A stretch of 31,772 nt of DNA. It comes from Macrostomum lignano. Lineage: Eukaryota. Positions 1 to 10,261 of this stretch are shown in pieces. Location: NCBI GenBank assembly GCA_002269645.1, contig NIVC01004911.1, forward strand, positions 1 to 31,772. The letters are read 5' to 3'. Below the pieces are notes generated by a model. The model ran no database searches and was not told the DNA's origin. It saw nothing but the letters and a program-made list of their open reading frames with translations. Numbering within the stretch: position 1 is the first letter of the stretch; every line of letters starts with the position of its first letter. The translations under genes and the position numbers were made by a program.

Positions 1-52
1 GGTCCGGTATGCCGCCAAGGTCTTTCAGTCGGTTCTCCTCGACGTGCAACTC
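1..52 (-). CDS. LRRC9: LRRC9 exon (5th in window; gene continues past the left edge)
   Basis: Acceptor ttctatcag| then ELHVEENRLKDLGGIPD, an LRR in phase 0 with the previous exon. Confidence 0.8.
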
Positions 53-269
53 CTGATAGAAGTAAAGTTGCACTGTTTGGTAGTATTTTGATTGAAGTTA
101 TCTTGGCAAATTAATTTTGTAACCAACTCTCACAGGGTTGACTACGTTCCTAACCTCATCGCTACGACAGGTCAAATTTACGAGCAAGAAATCCGATTTT
201 AAGGCTTCATGAAAGGTTGCACTCCAAATTACAATGCGACCAAATTGAGTTACGTGTGGAGAGCCATAA

Positions 270-445
270 AAGTTCTCCATCGGTAATCAGCAGGAATACA
301 AGCGGTTATGCCTAATCCAGGGTGAACATCGTCCTTAATTTCTCATTGTCAGGCAATGCACATAAACCGTAATTTCACTGCTCACGGAATTGAACCCAGG
401 TACTTTAGACGGATAAGTTTCGTCTGAGCTGCTCTGTCACTGACA
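270..445 (-). mobile_element. Possible second tRNA-related SINE family in an LRRC9 intron
   Basis: Minus strand gtgacagagcagctcAGACG-aaacttatc-CGTCTaaagtacctgGGTTCAATTCC: anticodon-like stem plus B box, no acceptor stem. The 3' limit is a guess. Confidence 0.4.
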
Positions 446-546
446 ACTTCAATACGTTTTTAACTCTACACAATGTAACTTCAAAGAATATCAGCAGTAG
501 TGGCAAGAATAATCGGTCAAGATCGGTGCGCACAGTCTGCTCTCAC

Positions 547-1734
547 CTGCACGTAGGGACACCCGCTCAGGTTAATTGTTCTCAGCTTGTTCCGATCCAG
601 CACGAGCTCCCGCAGTTGACCTGACTGCAATCCGTCCGTCGTTTGCAGCTCGTTGCCCTGCATAAACAGAGTGCGCAGCGACGGCAGCCGGTGCAGCTGT
701 AACGACGCGGCGTCCTTGATCCCATTGTAGGCGAGGTGCAGCACCTCCAGCGTGGGCAGAAGGCTGCCAGTGCCCGAGGCCAGAGACTCGATGTGGTTGT
801 GGTTCAGGCAGAGAACGCGAAGAGACGGCAAGCTGGCGATTCCGTTGAGCGTCGTCAACGAGTTGGACTCGAGATTGACGCTGCGCAGGTTGATGAAGCG
901 ATCGTGGAGGTTGAGCTCAATAGTCCGCAGGTTGCTGCGGGACATGTCCAGCTCTTTGAGATCGTAGAATCGGTCGTGACCGAACTTTTCAATCAGCAGG
1001 TCAGTCGTCAGCTTGCCGCCCAGCAGTTGAACGGCGCTCTGAACCTCGTCCTGCTCAACTGGGACGCCGTCGAGTGAGCACAGCGATCGCAGGTGGTAGA
1101 TGACAGTCGTCCGATAGTTGTGCGAGTTGGACGCGATGGGGTTCTCGCCGAGATCGAGAATCAGGAGCGACTGCAAAGATTTGAGGTAGAAGAGCTCGCG
1201 AGTGTCCTGGATGCGGTTCAGGCCGATGAAGAGCTGGGCCAGGCTGCTGTGCTTGTCAATGCCGGCCAGGCTGGACACGTGGTTGTTCAACAGGTTGAGG
1301 CTGGTCAGGTTGGGCGCCAGCAGCCCCGTGCCAATCTGTTCGATGCAGTTATGCGCCAAGTTCAGGTGGCGCAGGGCCGGATATGTGCCTGTAGGCATTG
1401 TGCCAATCAGATTGTGCGTTGCCAGCAGTTCCTCCAGCTGCGAGCAGGAGTCAAGGCCTTCAATGCGGGACACGTGATTGTAGTTGATTGACAGCCAGCG
1501 CAGGTTGAAGCAGCGCTCCAGACCGGTTATTCGAGTCAGGTTGAGTCCGTCCAGGTTGAGCATGCTCACCTGGGCGAACAGCTCAGGCGGCTGCACTGGC
1601 AAGAATTGGGTCGGCGACTCCAAACTGATGTATTTGGGCGTGCCGGTCACGTGAGCAGCGTAGCTGAGAAGGTTGAACCGGCCTGGCATTGAGGCTGTGA
1701 CTTCCTCCTCTGTGACCGGCTGGCCATCCAGTAC
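547..1734 (-). CDS. LRRC9: LRRC9 exon 4, SDS22-like LRR array
   Basis: ttgtgcag|GTA acceptor at 1734 and CAG|gtgaga donor at 547; 396 codons of LxxLxLxxN repeats with an LRRcap (YRTTVIYHLRSLCSLDG). Confidence 0.9.
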
Positions 1735-1989
1735 CTGCACAATTTGTGAAATGAGACTATTGTGTTAGGATATGAGCAAGGCAACGCAAATTTGCATAAT
1801 AGGCATATCTGGTCTTCTTTACTATCTGTGCTGAGACCCTGACTAAGATAAAATATTTAAATTGCATTCGAGCAAACACTAAGGCACGGGGTTGACTGAG
1901 ATTTTTGCGTGGACCCAAGTCCCCTTTTATAAATGTTTTTATGCCTGAAATTCAAGTCTGATGACGCATAGAACTCCATGTAAACAAAC

Positions 1990-2986
1990 CTTCAGCTCCT
2001 TCAGCTTATTGATGACGATGACTCTGTAAGCCACCTTGTACCGATGCCAGGGATTTCCCTCCAGACTGAGGCCAGTCAGCATTGCCGTGTGCTTCCGCAT
2101 GTGGCTGAGCTCGTTTCTCAGGCAGGTGAGTCGATTAAACGCCAGCCGGAGACTTCTGAGCTTCCCGACGTGCTTGAGACCGTCGATGGAGACGATTCGG
2201 TTCCAGGACACGTCGATCTCTTCAACTGGTAGTCCGGCCAGGTCCTCCAGACCGGTGAGCAGATTTGAACGGGCGTTCAGCGTCCGCAGAGAGTGCAGCG
2301 AGTCGAGGCCTCGGAGCCGGGTGAGGCCGAGCGCCTCGATCTGCAGCTCGGCCAGGTTCTCGTAGGGTGCCGTCACTGGCGGCGCGGGCTCGAGGTCAGG
2401 CGTGGGCGCAGCCGGGCCACCGCCGCACACGACCTGGTGAAACGGATTGCTGGTCCGCCTGCCCGAGTACTCCAGCTCCACCAGGAACTCCGGAACAAGG
2501 CAGGCGTTGTCTAGAAAGTACCAGGTGCACTGGCGGCCGAGGCATTCGCACGAGTAGCCTTCGCTGGTGGAGTCGGCCATGCGGAACACGGCGGTCAGTT
2601 GTCGCTTCGGCTCTTCATCGCCTGACTCCTGCGACAGTTGCTCGCCTCCGTTTGCAGCCGCAATGATCGTCTCGACCTCCTCCAGTGATGCGACCGCCTG
2701 CACCGACTTGCCGATGTAGGCCTTCACCAGCAGCAGCCGCGACCGGCCGACGCCAGTTTCCTTTGCGCAGTCGCAAAGTGTCGCCCCATCGGCGATGTTG
2801 ACGCTGTTGGACAGCACCGCCGGCCGGCTGGTGACGCCGCGCTCTAGGCAGTCCAGCAGACTGTCGTTGTCGCCTTCGGGCCAACGGTAGAACAGATAGT
2901 CCTGGTACTTCTTTGCCACCATGTCCAGAGAGCAGTAGGTGCTCCGGGCAAGGGTTTGCAGACGCGGCAGACACGCCTCCTGGTAC
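1990..2986 (-). CDS. LRRC9: LRRC9 exon 3 (ART/PARP-like region plus LRRs)
   Basis: ccatccag|G acceptor (phase 2) and AAG|gtttgt donor; YLFY...LLLVKAYIG...VPEFLVELEY followed by LRRs, colinear with LRRC9 as I recall it. Confidence 0.88.
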
Positions 2987-3010
2987 CTGGATGGCGGTGT
3001 GGTTGATAAG

Positions 3011-3165
3011 GACTGACTGACTGACTAACTGACTGACTGACTGACTGACTGACTGACTGACTGACTTTCTCACTGACTTTCTCACTGACTGACTGACTGA
3101 CTGACTGTCTCACTGACTGACTGACTGACTGACTGACTGTCTCACTCACTGACTGACTGTCTCAC
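3011..3165. repeat. (ACTG)n microsatellite with interspersed copies of the splice donor
   Basis: Read directly; fills LRRC9 intron 2987-3165. Confidence 0.95.
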
Positions 3166-3476
3166 CTGGCCGCCAGCACTGGCAGGTGCAATCGGTGCAC
3201 TTTGTCCACCTTGCAGGCGGTGACGCCGCTCTGCCGATGCTGTGACGAGCAGAACCTCGAGCTGACAATGTCGGCCACCAGTTTGTGCCAGTCTTGCCCG
3301 GTGCCCAGCTCGCAGCGAACGCTGCCGCCGCTCTCCAACTCCATGTTGAGCAGGTTCCAGGCCAGCTCTCTGTCCATTTCGATCTTCTTCAATGCCTCGG
3401 TGAAGAAGCCACGCGTTGTTGGCCAGGCGGCCTCCAGCTGGCTGAAGTTTCCTGCTCCAGTTTCGACGAGGCGAGC
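3166..3476 (-). CDS. LRRC9: LRRC9 exon 2
   Basis: tttcttcaacag|GCT acceptor and AG|gtgaga donor; LLNMELESGG...DW...SSRF matches the LRRC9 LLIELET..N...DW...SRF segment. Confidence 0.85.
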
Positions 3477-3512
3477 CTGTTGAAGAAATGGTCGGTTAAA
3501 TTTAGGTATCTC

Positions 3513-4672
3513 AGATCCTTGGTCCCAGATCCTTGGTCCCAGATCCTTGGTCCCAGATCCTTGGTCCCAGATCCTTGGTCCCAGATCCTTGATCCCAGAT
3601 CCTAAATCCCAGATCCTAGATCCCAGATCCCAGATCCTAGATCACAGATCTTAGATCCCAGATCCTTGATCCCAGATACTTGATCCCAGATCCTTGATCC
3701 CAGATCCTTGATCCCAGATCCTTGATCCCAGATCCTTGATCCCAGATCCTTGATCCCAGATCCTTGATCCCAGATCCTTGATCCCAGATCCTTGATCCCA
3801 GATCCTTGATCCCAGATCCTTGATCCCAGATCCTTGATCCCAGATCCTTGATCCCAGATCCTTGATCCCAGATCCTTGATCCCAGATCCTTGATCCCAGA
3901 TCCTTGATCCCAGATCCTTGATCCCAGATCCTTGATCCCAGATCCTTGATCCCAGATCCTTGATCCCAGATCCTTGATCCCAGATCCTTGATCCCAGATC
4001 CTTGATCCCAGATCCTTGATCCCAGATCCTTGATCCCAGATCCTTGATCCCAGATCCTTGATCCCAGATCATTGGTCCCAGATTCTAGATCCCAGATCCT
4101 TGATCCCAGATTTGTGATCCCAGATCCTTGATCCCAGATTTGTGATCCCAGATCATTGATCCCATATTTGTGATCCCAGATTTTTTATCACAGATCCTTG
4201 ATCCCACATCCTAGATCCCAGATCCTAGATCCCAGATCTTAGATCCCAGATCCTTGATCCCAGATCCTTGATCCCAGATCCTTGATCCCAGATCATTGGT
4301 CCCAGATTCTTGATCCCAGATTTGTGATCCCGGATCCTTGATCCTAGATTTGTGATCCCAGATCCTTGATCCCAGATTTTTTATCACAGATCCTTGATCC
4401 TAGATTTGTGATCCCAGATCCTTGATCCCAGATTTTTTATCACAGATCCTTGATCACACATCCTTGATGCCACATCCTTGATCCCACATCCTTGATCCCA
4501 CATCCTTGATCCCAGGTTTGTGATCCGATCCTTGATTCCAGATCCCTGATCCCACATCCTTGATCCCACATCCTTGATCCCAGATCATTGGTCCCAGATC
4601 CTTGATCCCACATCCTTGATCCCAGATCTCTGATCCCACATCCTTGATCCCACTTCCTTGATACCACATCCT
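3513..4672. repeat. 14-bp minisatellite (CCTTGATCCCAGAT)n, about 80 units
   Basis: Read directly; fills LRRC9 intron 3477-4680 and explains the DQGSGIKDLGSRIW pseudo-ORFs. Confidence 0.97.
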
Positions 4673-4680
4673 CAACCCAC

Positions 4681-5526
4681 CTTGTGGTACTCGGCCAGGC
4701 CAATTGTCACCCTCCGGCCGAGACAAGCGCTGGTCCGCTCAAGAACCTCGGCTCGCATGGCGTAGTACATTCGTTTCTTCAATACTGTGCTGTCCGCCAG
4801 CTCAAACGGCAGCCGGCTTGAGCAGTCGAACGTGTCCAGGTTGAGCAGCCGGGGCATGTGGTACAGGATGAAGATGGAGTAGTTGGATAGCTGGGTGACT
4901 GGGCAGGGTCGGTACTGCGGGTCGCGAAGGCAGAACCGGCGCAAAGACGGCAGAGCCGCCAGCGACACAACATCGCGAATGGAGGCCAGCGGGTTGCCCG
5001 ACAGGTTCAAGCTCTCCAGGCTGGCGTTCTCCGTGAGGCAGCCGGCCACTTCCGTGATGAAGTTCTGCGCCAAATTGAGCTCCTTCAGGTTGGACAGTTT
5101 CTCGAAGCCAGCGAGTTCGCGCAGCTGATTGTTGGCCAGCCACAGAACCTCCAGCGAGCCGCCGAGATGGTCGAGGCCGCCGTTTATCGTCGCTATGGAG
5201 TTGCTATGCAAGTACAGCTTCTTGAGTCGGTGATTTGCAGACAGGCCAGAGATTTGAGTCAGCCTGCAGTCTGAGACCCAGAGCACCTCCAGCAGGGGGC
5301 AGCTGTCCAGGGTGCTGATCTCGGTCAGGCTCTGCTCCACAATGATGAGCTCGCGGAGATTGGGGAACAGGCTGAGGTGAGCAAAACGGGGATAGCCGCC
5401 GAAGAAAATCTCCAAGGTGGCGGTCTCGGCGGCCTCCGCCTGCAGTTTTTCCCGGTCCTCCGGCAGGCCATTCGACGAGCAGATCTCGCGCAGAAGGTCC
5501 GCGTCGCTCACTGCGATCTCGGAAAT
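4681..5526 (-). CDS. LRRC9: LRRC9 first visible coding exon, N-terminal LRRs; true start codon unresolved
   Basis: LREICSSNGL...LEIFFGGYPR...LSLFPNL...DPQY...KKRMYYAMR is the LRRC9 N-terminus; AAG|gtgggt donor at 4681. The ORF-track start at 5556 is TTG, not ATG; 5526 is a candidate cag| acceptor. Confidence 0.85.
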
Positions 5527-5587
5527 CTGCGGCGTTTTATTTTTCGAAGAGCTCAATCGAAAGAATGTGTGGCCTTGCAGTTTCCAT

Positions 5588-6796
5588 TTAATGCTTTAAA
5601 AATAACATTTACCTCACCTATTTGTAAAATAGTAAATTCTAATGTCTATGAGAAAACTACTGACCAAAAGCTATTGTATAGAAAATAAACAGTTCCCAAA
5701 AAAATTATACCACTGCTTCAAATACTTTCACAAATTAAATTTGGCAAAAACTTTTGGTTACAAGTACTTCAATGAAATATGGCATGGCATAGCAATATAT
5801 ATGGTAAAAAACTTAGTGTTATTCTACACATAATAACAATAACACAGCGTTATGCATTAGCCAATATATAAAATTTTAGTATAAAAAATTTAGCATTTCA
5901 GTTGCTTATTCGAAGCATTTAAAATATTTCCACTCTATACATTTGACAGAATATTATTTTTTTAAATCTAAAAAAGCTGCAAATATAACTTGCAAGAATT
6001 ACAAACAGACTAAAGTTCAAGTTTTTAAAGTATAACAATTCTAAAAACATTTTCGTGCAGAAAAAACTTATAGAAAAATTCTAGCTAAGAACAGGTCTTG
6101 CTGCAACTATTCTACTCTACCCTAATGACCAAATCTACCCCTGCAACTAAGTCTGGTCAAACTGAAACTAAAAGCGAATACGCTAAATTCTAATAGCAAT
6201 GCAACTCAAAAGATTTTAAAAGTTAAAAATTAAAATTAAATTTCAAAGTCATAGAATCAAATAGCCTGAGTTTTTCTTGTGAGCTGAGGTAAGTTTAGTT
6301 TAGTATGCCTGTAAAACCTTCTTACTATAGCAATAAACTCCTATTCCATTTAGTATACGTATTTTTAACATTTTTGTCTTTTAAAAATCTGTTTCATTTC
6401 TAATAGTATAAAATATCGAAACGAAATTAAGAATCGCTGCATATGACGCCTTTGCTGAACAGGACAATGTTGTGTTGCCGGAAATATTGCCATATTTCTT
6501 ACAGTTAAATTTAAAGACGCGGTAGCAACAGAAATCTTACTTTGAAAACATAGCAGTGTTTTTTCTTAAAAAAAGCTTTTTGAAAGCAATAACTTTATGT
6601 CATAGAGCATTAAAAATAAGTGTTAAGTTTATATGATATTTGTGAATGTACATAGTTTTGTTATTGTTTGATATGTGTTTTTTTAAAAACAAAGTTTTAT
6701 AAGAAACCTATTACGAATTTTACAATTTACAGTTACAATTCTCGAATTTTTATTGCTCAATTCGACTTTTGACAGCTATATTTAATTGATTGATAA
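5588..6796. promoter_or_regulatory. Probable bidirectional promoter and 5' UTR region between LRRC9 and GPAA1
   Basis: Divergent genes about 1.2 kb apart; AT-rich but retains CpGs; no TSS evidence available. Confidence 0.45.
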
Positions 6797-6953
6797 ATGA
6801 CAGGTAAAATAGAAACCACAATCAAGGTATTCCTGTCCTACCATCGGTTCGTAGGAATATTGCTGATTGTTGGTGCAATCGGCTATATGGTGATGCTAAG
6901 CGATCCGCAGTTTAATAATCGATGCTATATCTCAGAGAAGGCGCTTTCACCAG
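6797..6953 (+). CDS. GPAA1: GPAA1 (GPI transamidase subunit) exon 1
   Basis: ATG at 6797: MTGKIETTIKVFLSYHRFVGILLIVGAIGYMVMLSDPQFNNRCYISEKALSP(G), i.e. TM1 plus the Y.SE.AL.PG motif; G|gtattt donor. Not in the ORF track. Confidence 0.85.
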
Positions 6954-9247
6954 GTATTTTATTAACTTGATTTTTGGTAACTTATGTTTATAAATGACTA
7001 CTACTATCAAGCTTATTTCTTAATCTCTTGCTCTTGTATAGATCATTATAACTTCTGGCACAATTGCAATATCAAAAACTTATGGCATGATGGCATATCA
7101 TCCATGCTCAGGAAGGTGGCAGAGGCACGCCGGAATCGAAGATGAGCAAAGCTACCAATTCACGCCAAGCACGCCAAAATTTTAATGACCCTTTTTACTA
7201 TATATGTCAAATATACTAGGCCTTACATTTTCAGCCCTACTTTGCTGACTACCTCCATACTGCTATCTTTAGCTTGAGCATTTTATTAGCATATTAGGCC
7301 TATAATTATAAAGTGCTCAAATAGACTAAATGAACCTTTGTGATACTAGGGAGCATTTAGCATGCCAAATGAATGCCATGCAACATTGTAAAGCTGCAAC
7401 TGCAACTGCAAGATGATCAGCTTGATCGCCACTTTTCATCTTTGTGAATTGTGCTAATGTTAATGTATTCTAAGAAAAGAAAGTTTCAAAAATCATTCAG
7501 TACATTTTACAAAAAATAATATTTTTAACTAAGCTTTTTACTAGACTATAAATACAACCATGTCCACATGACCACAATGACAACCATAACTACAATATTA
7601 AACTTCAAAATTCAAAGTTTTGATGCATGCCAATCATTCATGCCATATTTTTAGCTTTGCCTTGAGCACACCAATTATGCCATATTTTTATAATTGCTTT
7701 AAGCATGCCAAAAAATCTGGCATACCAGAAAATTCTGGCATATCTGCCACCTTCCTGATTATGGTATATCATTATACACCCATATTGATTAGGCCTATTA
7801 TTCTATTCTATGCCTAACACTATGAGGCCTAGGCCTACCATGTCATTTTAATACAGGCATGACCTTAACATTAAGTATATAATTTTTTTTTTCATTTTAA
7901 TTTGTATATTTGTATTTTATATATAATATTAGTCATTAATTACTTGTTAAGAAAATAAGAATATTATAAAAGGAATGTTTTTATTTATAATTCATTTAGT
8001 TTAATTAATTTAACAAATATTTTAATGTGATTTTTTGAAATTTTATTTTGTTGTATTTTAAAGTTTATTTTGTTTGAATGGCAGTCATCTCATTGAAGGC
8101 CAAGGCCTAAAGAAACTAGTGGTAGCACTACCTATGCTACTAAGGCCTAAATCAAGAAGAAAACAGCAAACACCTTATTGGTTGCAGCAGTGGGATTTAA
8201 AGACCTACTAGGCCATCCTAAGACAACTTTCTATACCTTATAAGTGTGCACAAAATGAAAAAATATTAGCATTAAAAAGTTTTTAGACTGAAAAAAGCAA
8301 AACAGTATAATAAAAAAAGTTAAAACACTATTATTAGCTAAAATATATAAGAAACATTGTTATAATGAAAAAAAATTGTAAGTTTATAACAGTTGTGAAG
8401 TTAATATTTGTAGCTTTTGTAAATTTACTAATTTTTGTACCATTTTACTAATGCCAATTGCCAATTTCACCAATTGAGACAGATACAGACTTTCTTATAC
8501 TAACTAAAATAATTCTTGATTAGTCATTGATATGGATATGGTAAAATTTTGGTTTAAGTAGAGCATTGGTTAAATCTTTCTTTTTTATATCAAATAACAT
8601 ATTCTTAAACCAAAATTTTAACCAAAAATTAAATAATCATACAGTAAGGAATGCAATTTTAATACTGTTTCACAATCTAATTGGTAGCATTTAGCCCTCT
8701 TTTAATGTTTAAATTTCATAAATAGTATCAAGCATTCTGTAAAAGATGTGAATAGCATAGAGGGTTTAAGAACATCTGCTATATTATAGGCTGGGGCTAG
8801 AGTATAGGGCCAAAATATATTAAGGTAATAGTAAAACTATGAACTAAATTGTCATTTAAATTTAATTGCTATTTTATACATTTTATATAAGAAATATTGC
8901 TGCAATTCTAAAAGATGCAAAATATAAAGTTTTGTGTTATATGCTACTATGATAACTAGCATGGTGTCTATAACATTCTAAATAAAATTTTTATTTTGGA
9001 CTTTCAGCCAACTTCTAGTTGTAATAGAACTGAAAAACTCATAGTATATTGTAACATTTATGATTTTTCCTATTGAATATTATTATAGAAACCATGTTAT
9101 TTTGTATTGTGCTTTGGCCTTTATTGCATATGCTTGGGACCCTTTGCTTGCCAATGAAGATTAGTTTCTATACAAGAAAATTTTATTTTATGGTATTTTA
9201 AATTAATACTATCCATGATGTTATTCTTATTGCAATTCAATTTGTAG

Positions 9248-9338
9248 GAGTTGTTGAGGAACAATTTAATCAGGTCAACTTCATCAATGATTATTATGCT
9301 GAGGTGCAAAAGATGTACACTGTGAAGAACCTTGAGAG
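9248..9338 (+). CDS. GPAA1: GPAA1 exon 2
   Basis: tttgtag|GA...AG|gtacgt; reads GVVEEQFNQVNFIND, matching GPAA1 VEEQF; phases fit both neighbours. Confidence 0.85.
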
Positions 9339-9412
9339 GTACGTCACCTGGGTTTTTTTTATTTAATTATGTTTATTTATTGTTTTAACATTTTCCTTAT
9401 ATTTATTTTTAG

Positions 9413-9515
9413 TGGAAAATTTCAAAAGTGGCTTGAAGAGGAAATGCAAAAAATTGGCCTGCACGCCTACACTCAGAACTTCACCTTTAGCTATCCGCTC
9501 ATTCTGGGAGAAAAG
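9413..9515 (+). CDS. GPAA1: GPAA1 exon 3
   Basis: ttttag|T...AAG|gtgaat; KWLEEEMQKIGLHAYTQNF matches GPAA1 WLE..M...GL..YTQ.F. Confidence 0.88.
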
Positions 9516-9610
9516 GTGAATTTTTTATATTGTTAGATTTGGGTAGTTGTGCAGCTTGATTTGAAATTTATGGTACATCTTCATTTCCTCTTCGCTTCAC
9601 ACATCCGCAG

Positions 9611-9782
9611 AAGCTGCAGGGCATCAATGCTGTTGGCATTTCTCGAGCCTATCGCGCGGCGCGCACCGAGGCGCTGGTTCTCATGACTCCTCTGCGCGCC
9701 GCCGATTCTGGCGCCGCCTCCCACGAGCGTCGGACGGACGGCAGCGTGGCGCTGATGCTGGCGCTGGCGAAGTTCTTCAGGC
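9611..9782 (+). CDS. GPAA1: GPAA1 exon 4
   Basis: ccgcag|AAG...C|gtgagt; GINAVGISRAYRAARTEALVL...ALMLALAKFFR. Confidence 0.88.
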
Positions 9783-9842
9783 GTGAGTCTGTTGTAGGGG
9801 CCGAAAGCCGACAGTTTACTTTATTTAAATTTGTGTTGTGAA

Positions 9843-10255
9843 GGTTGTATGTAGCCTAGTTGTTAGAGCGTCGTACTAACGACTGAAAGGTCGCGGGTTC
9901 GATTCTTGACACACTCGAAACAATTTGTGTCCTTGAGCAAGATACTTAACTCTGCATTGCTTCAGCTCACACAGCTGTAAATTGGGTGCCAGCATTAGCT
10001 GGGATAATTGAGGGTGTGTGTGGCGACCCCCCCCCCCCTTAGTCCATGGACTGAGCAGCCGTACGCAGCCTTCAGATGCGCCGCGCAATAGCTGCGGCTG
10101 AGCTGCATACAAGCGCGCCAATGCTGTACGCAGGCACGCACTGATGCACCCGCTCACACAGGGTGTACAGCGGTCCTGACTTTTCACATCGTCAGTCATG
10201 TACACTCTGACCCTTGGGGGGGGGTCTGATAGCCCCAGTAAGGGTATTGTATTGT
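9843..10255 (+). mobile_element. tRNA-derived SINE copy 1 (GPAA1 intron 4)
   Basis: A box tagcctagttg and B box ggttcgattc; centre tgtgtccttgagcaagatacttaac...cagctgtaaattggg shared with copies 2 and 3; own 3' tail ending tattgtattg. Confidence 0.8.
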
Positions 10256-10261
10256 TCTGGA

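Noticed and set aside
3400-3476. LRRC9 linker seems shorter than in vertebrates (possible exon lost in the satellite)
   Set aside because: Based on memory of the vertebrate sequence only; frame is intact and I see no exon remnant.
3285-4726. Repetitive ORFs (DQGSGIKDLGSRIW etc.)
   Set aside because: Translations of the 14-bp intronic satellite.
6933-6941. GPAA1 SEKAL instead of the usual SENAL
   Set aside because: A single base change; cannot be told from polymorphism or sequencing error without an alignment.
7042-7116. Candidate extra GPAA1 exon (tatag|...aag|gtggc)
   Set aside because: Exon 1 joins exon 2 directly as ALSPG-VVEEQF, matching the family; the block looks like repeat relic.
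9121-9309. Minus-strand ORF with IIIIDEVDL, resembling a Walker B/DEAD motif
   Set aside because: It is the antisense shadow of GPAA1 exon 2 (VNFIND); no Walker A or other helicase motif nearby.
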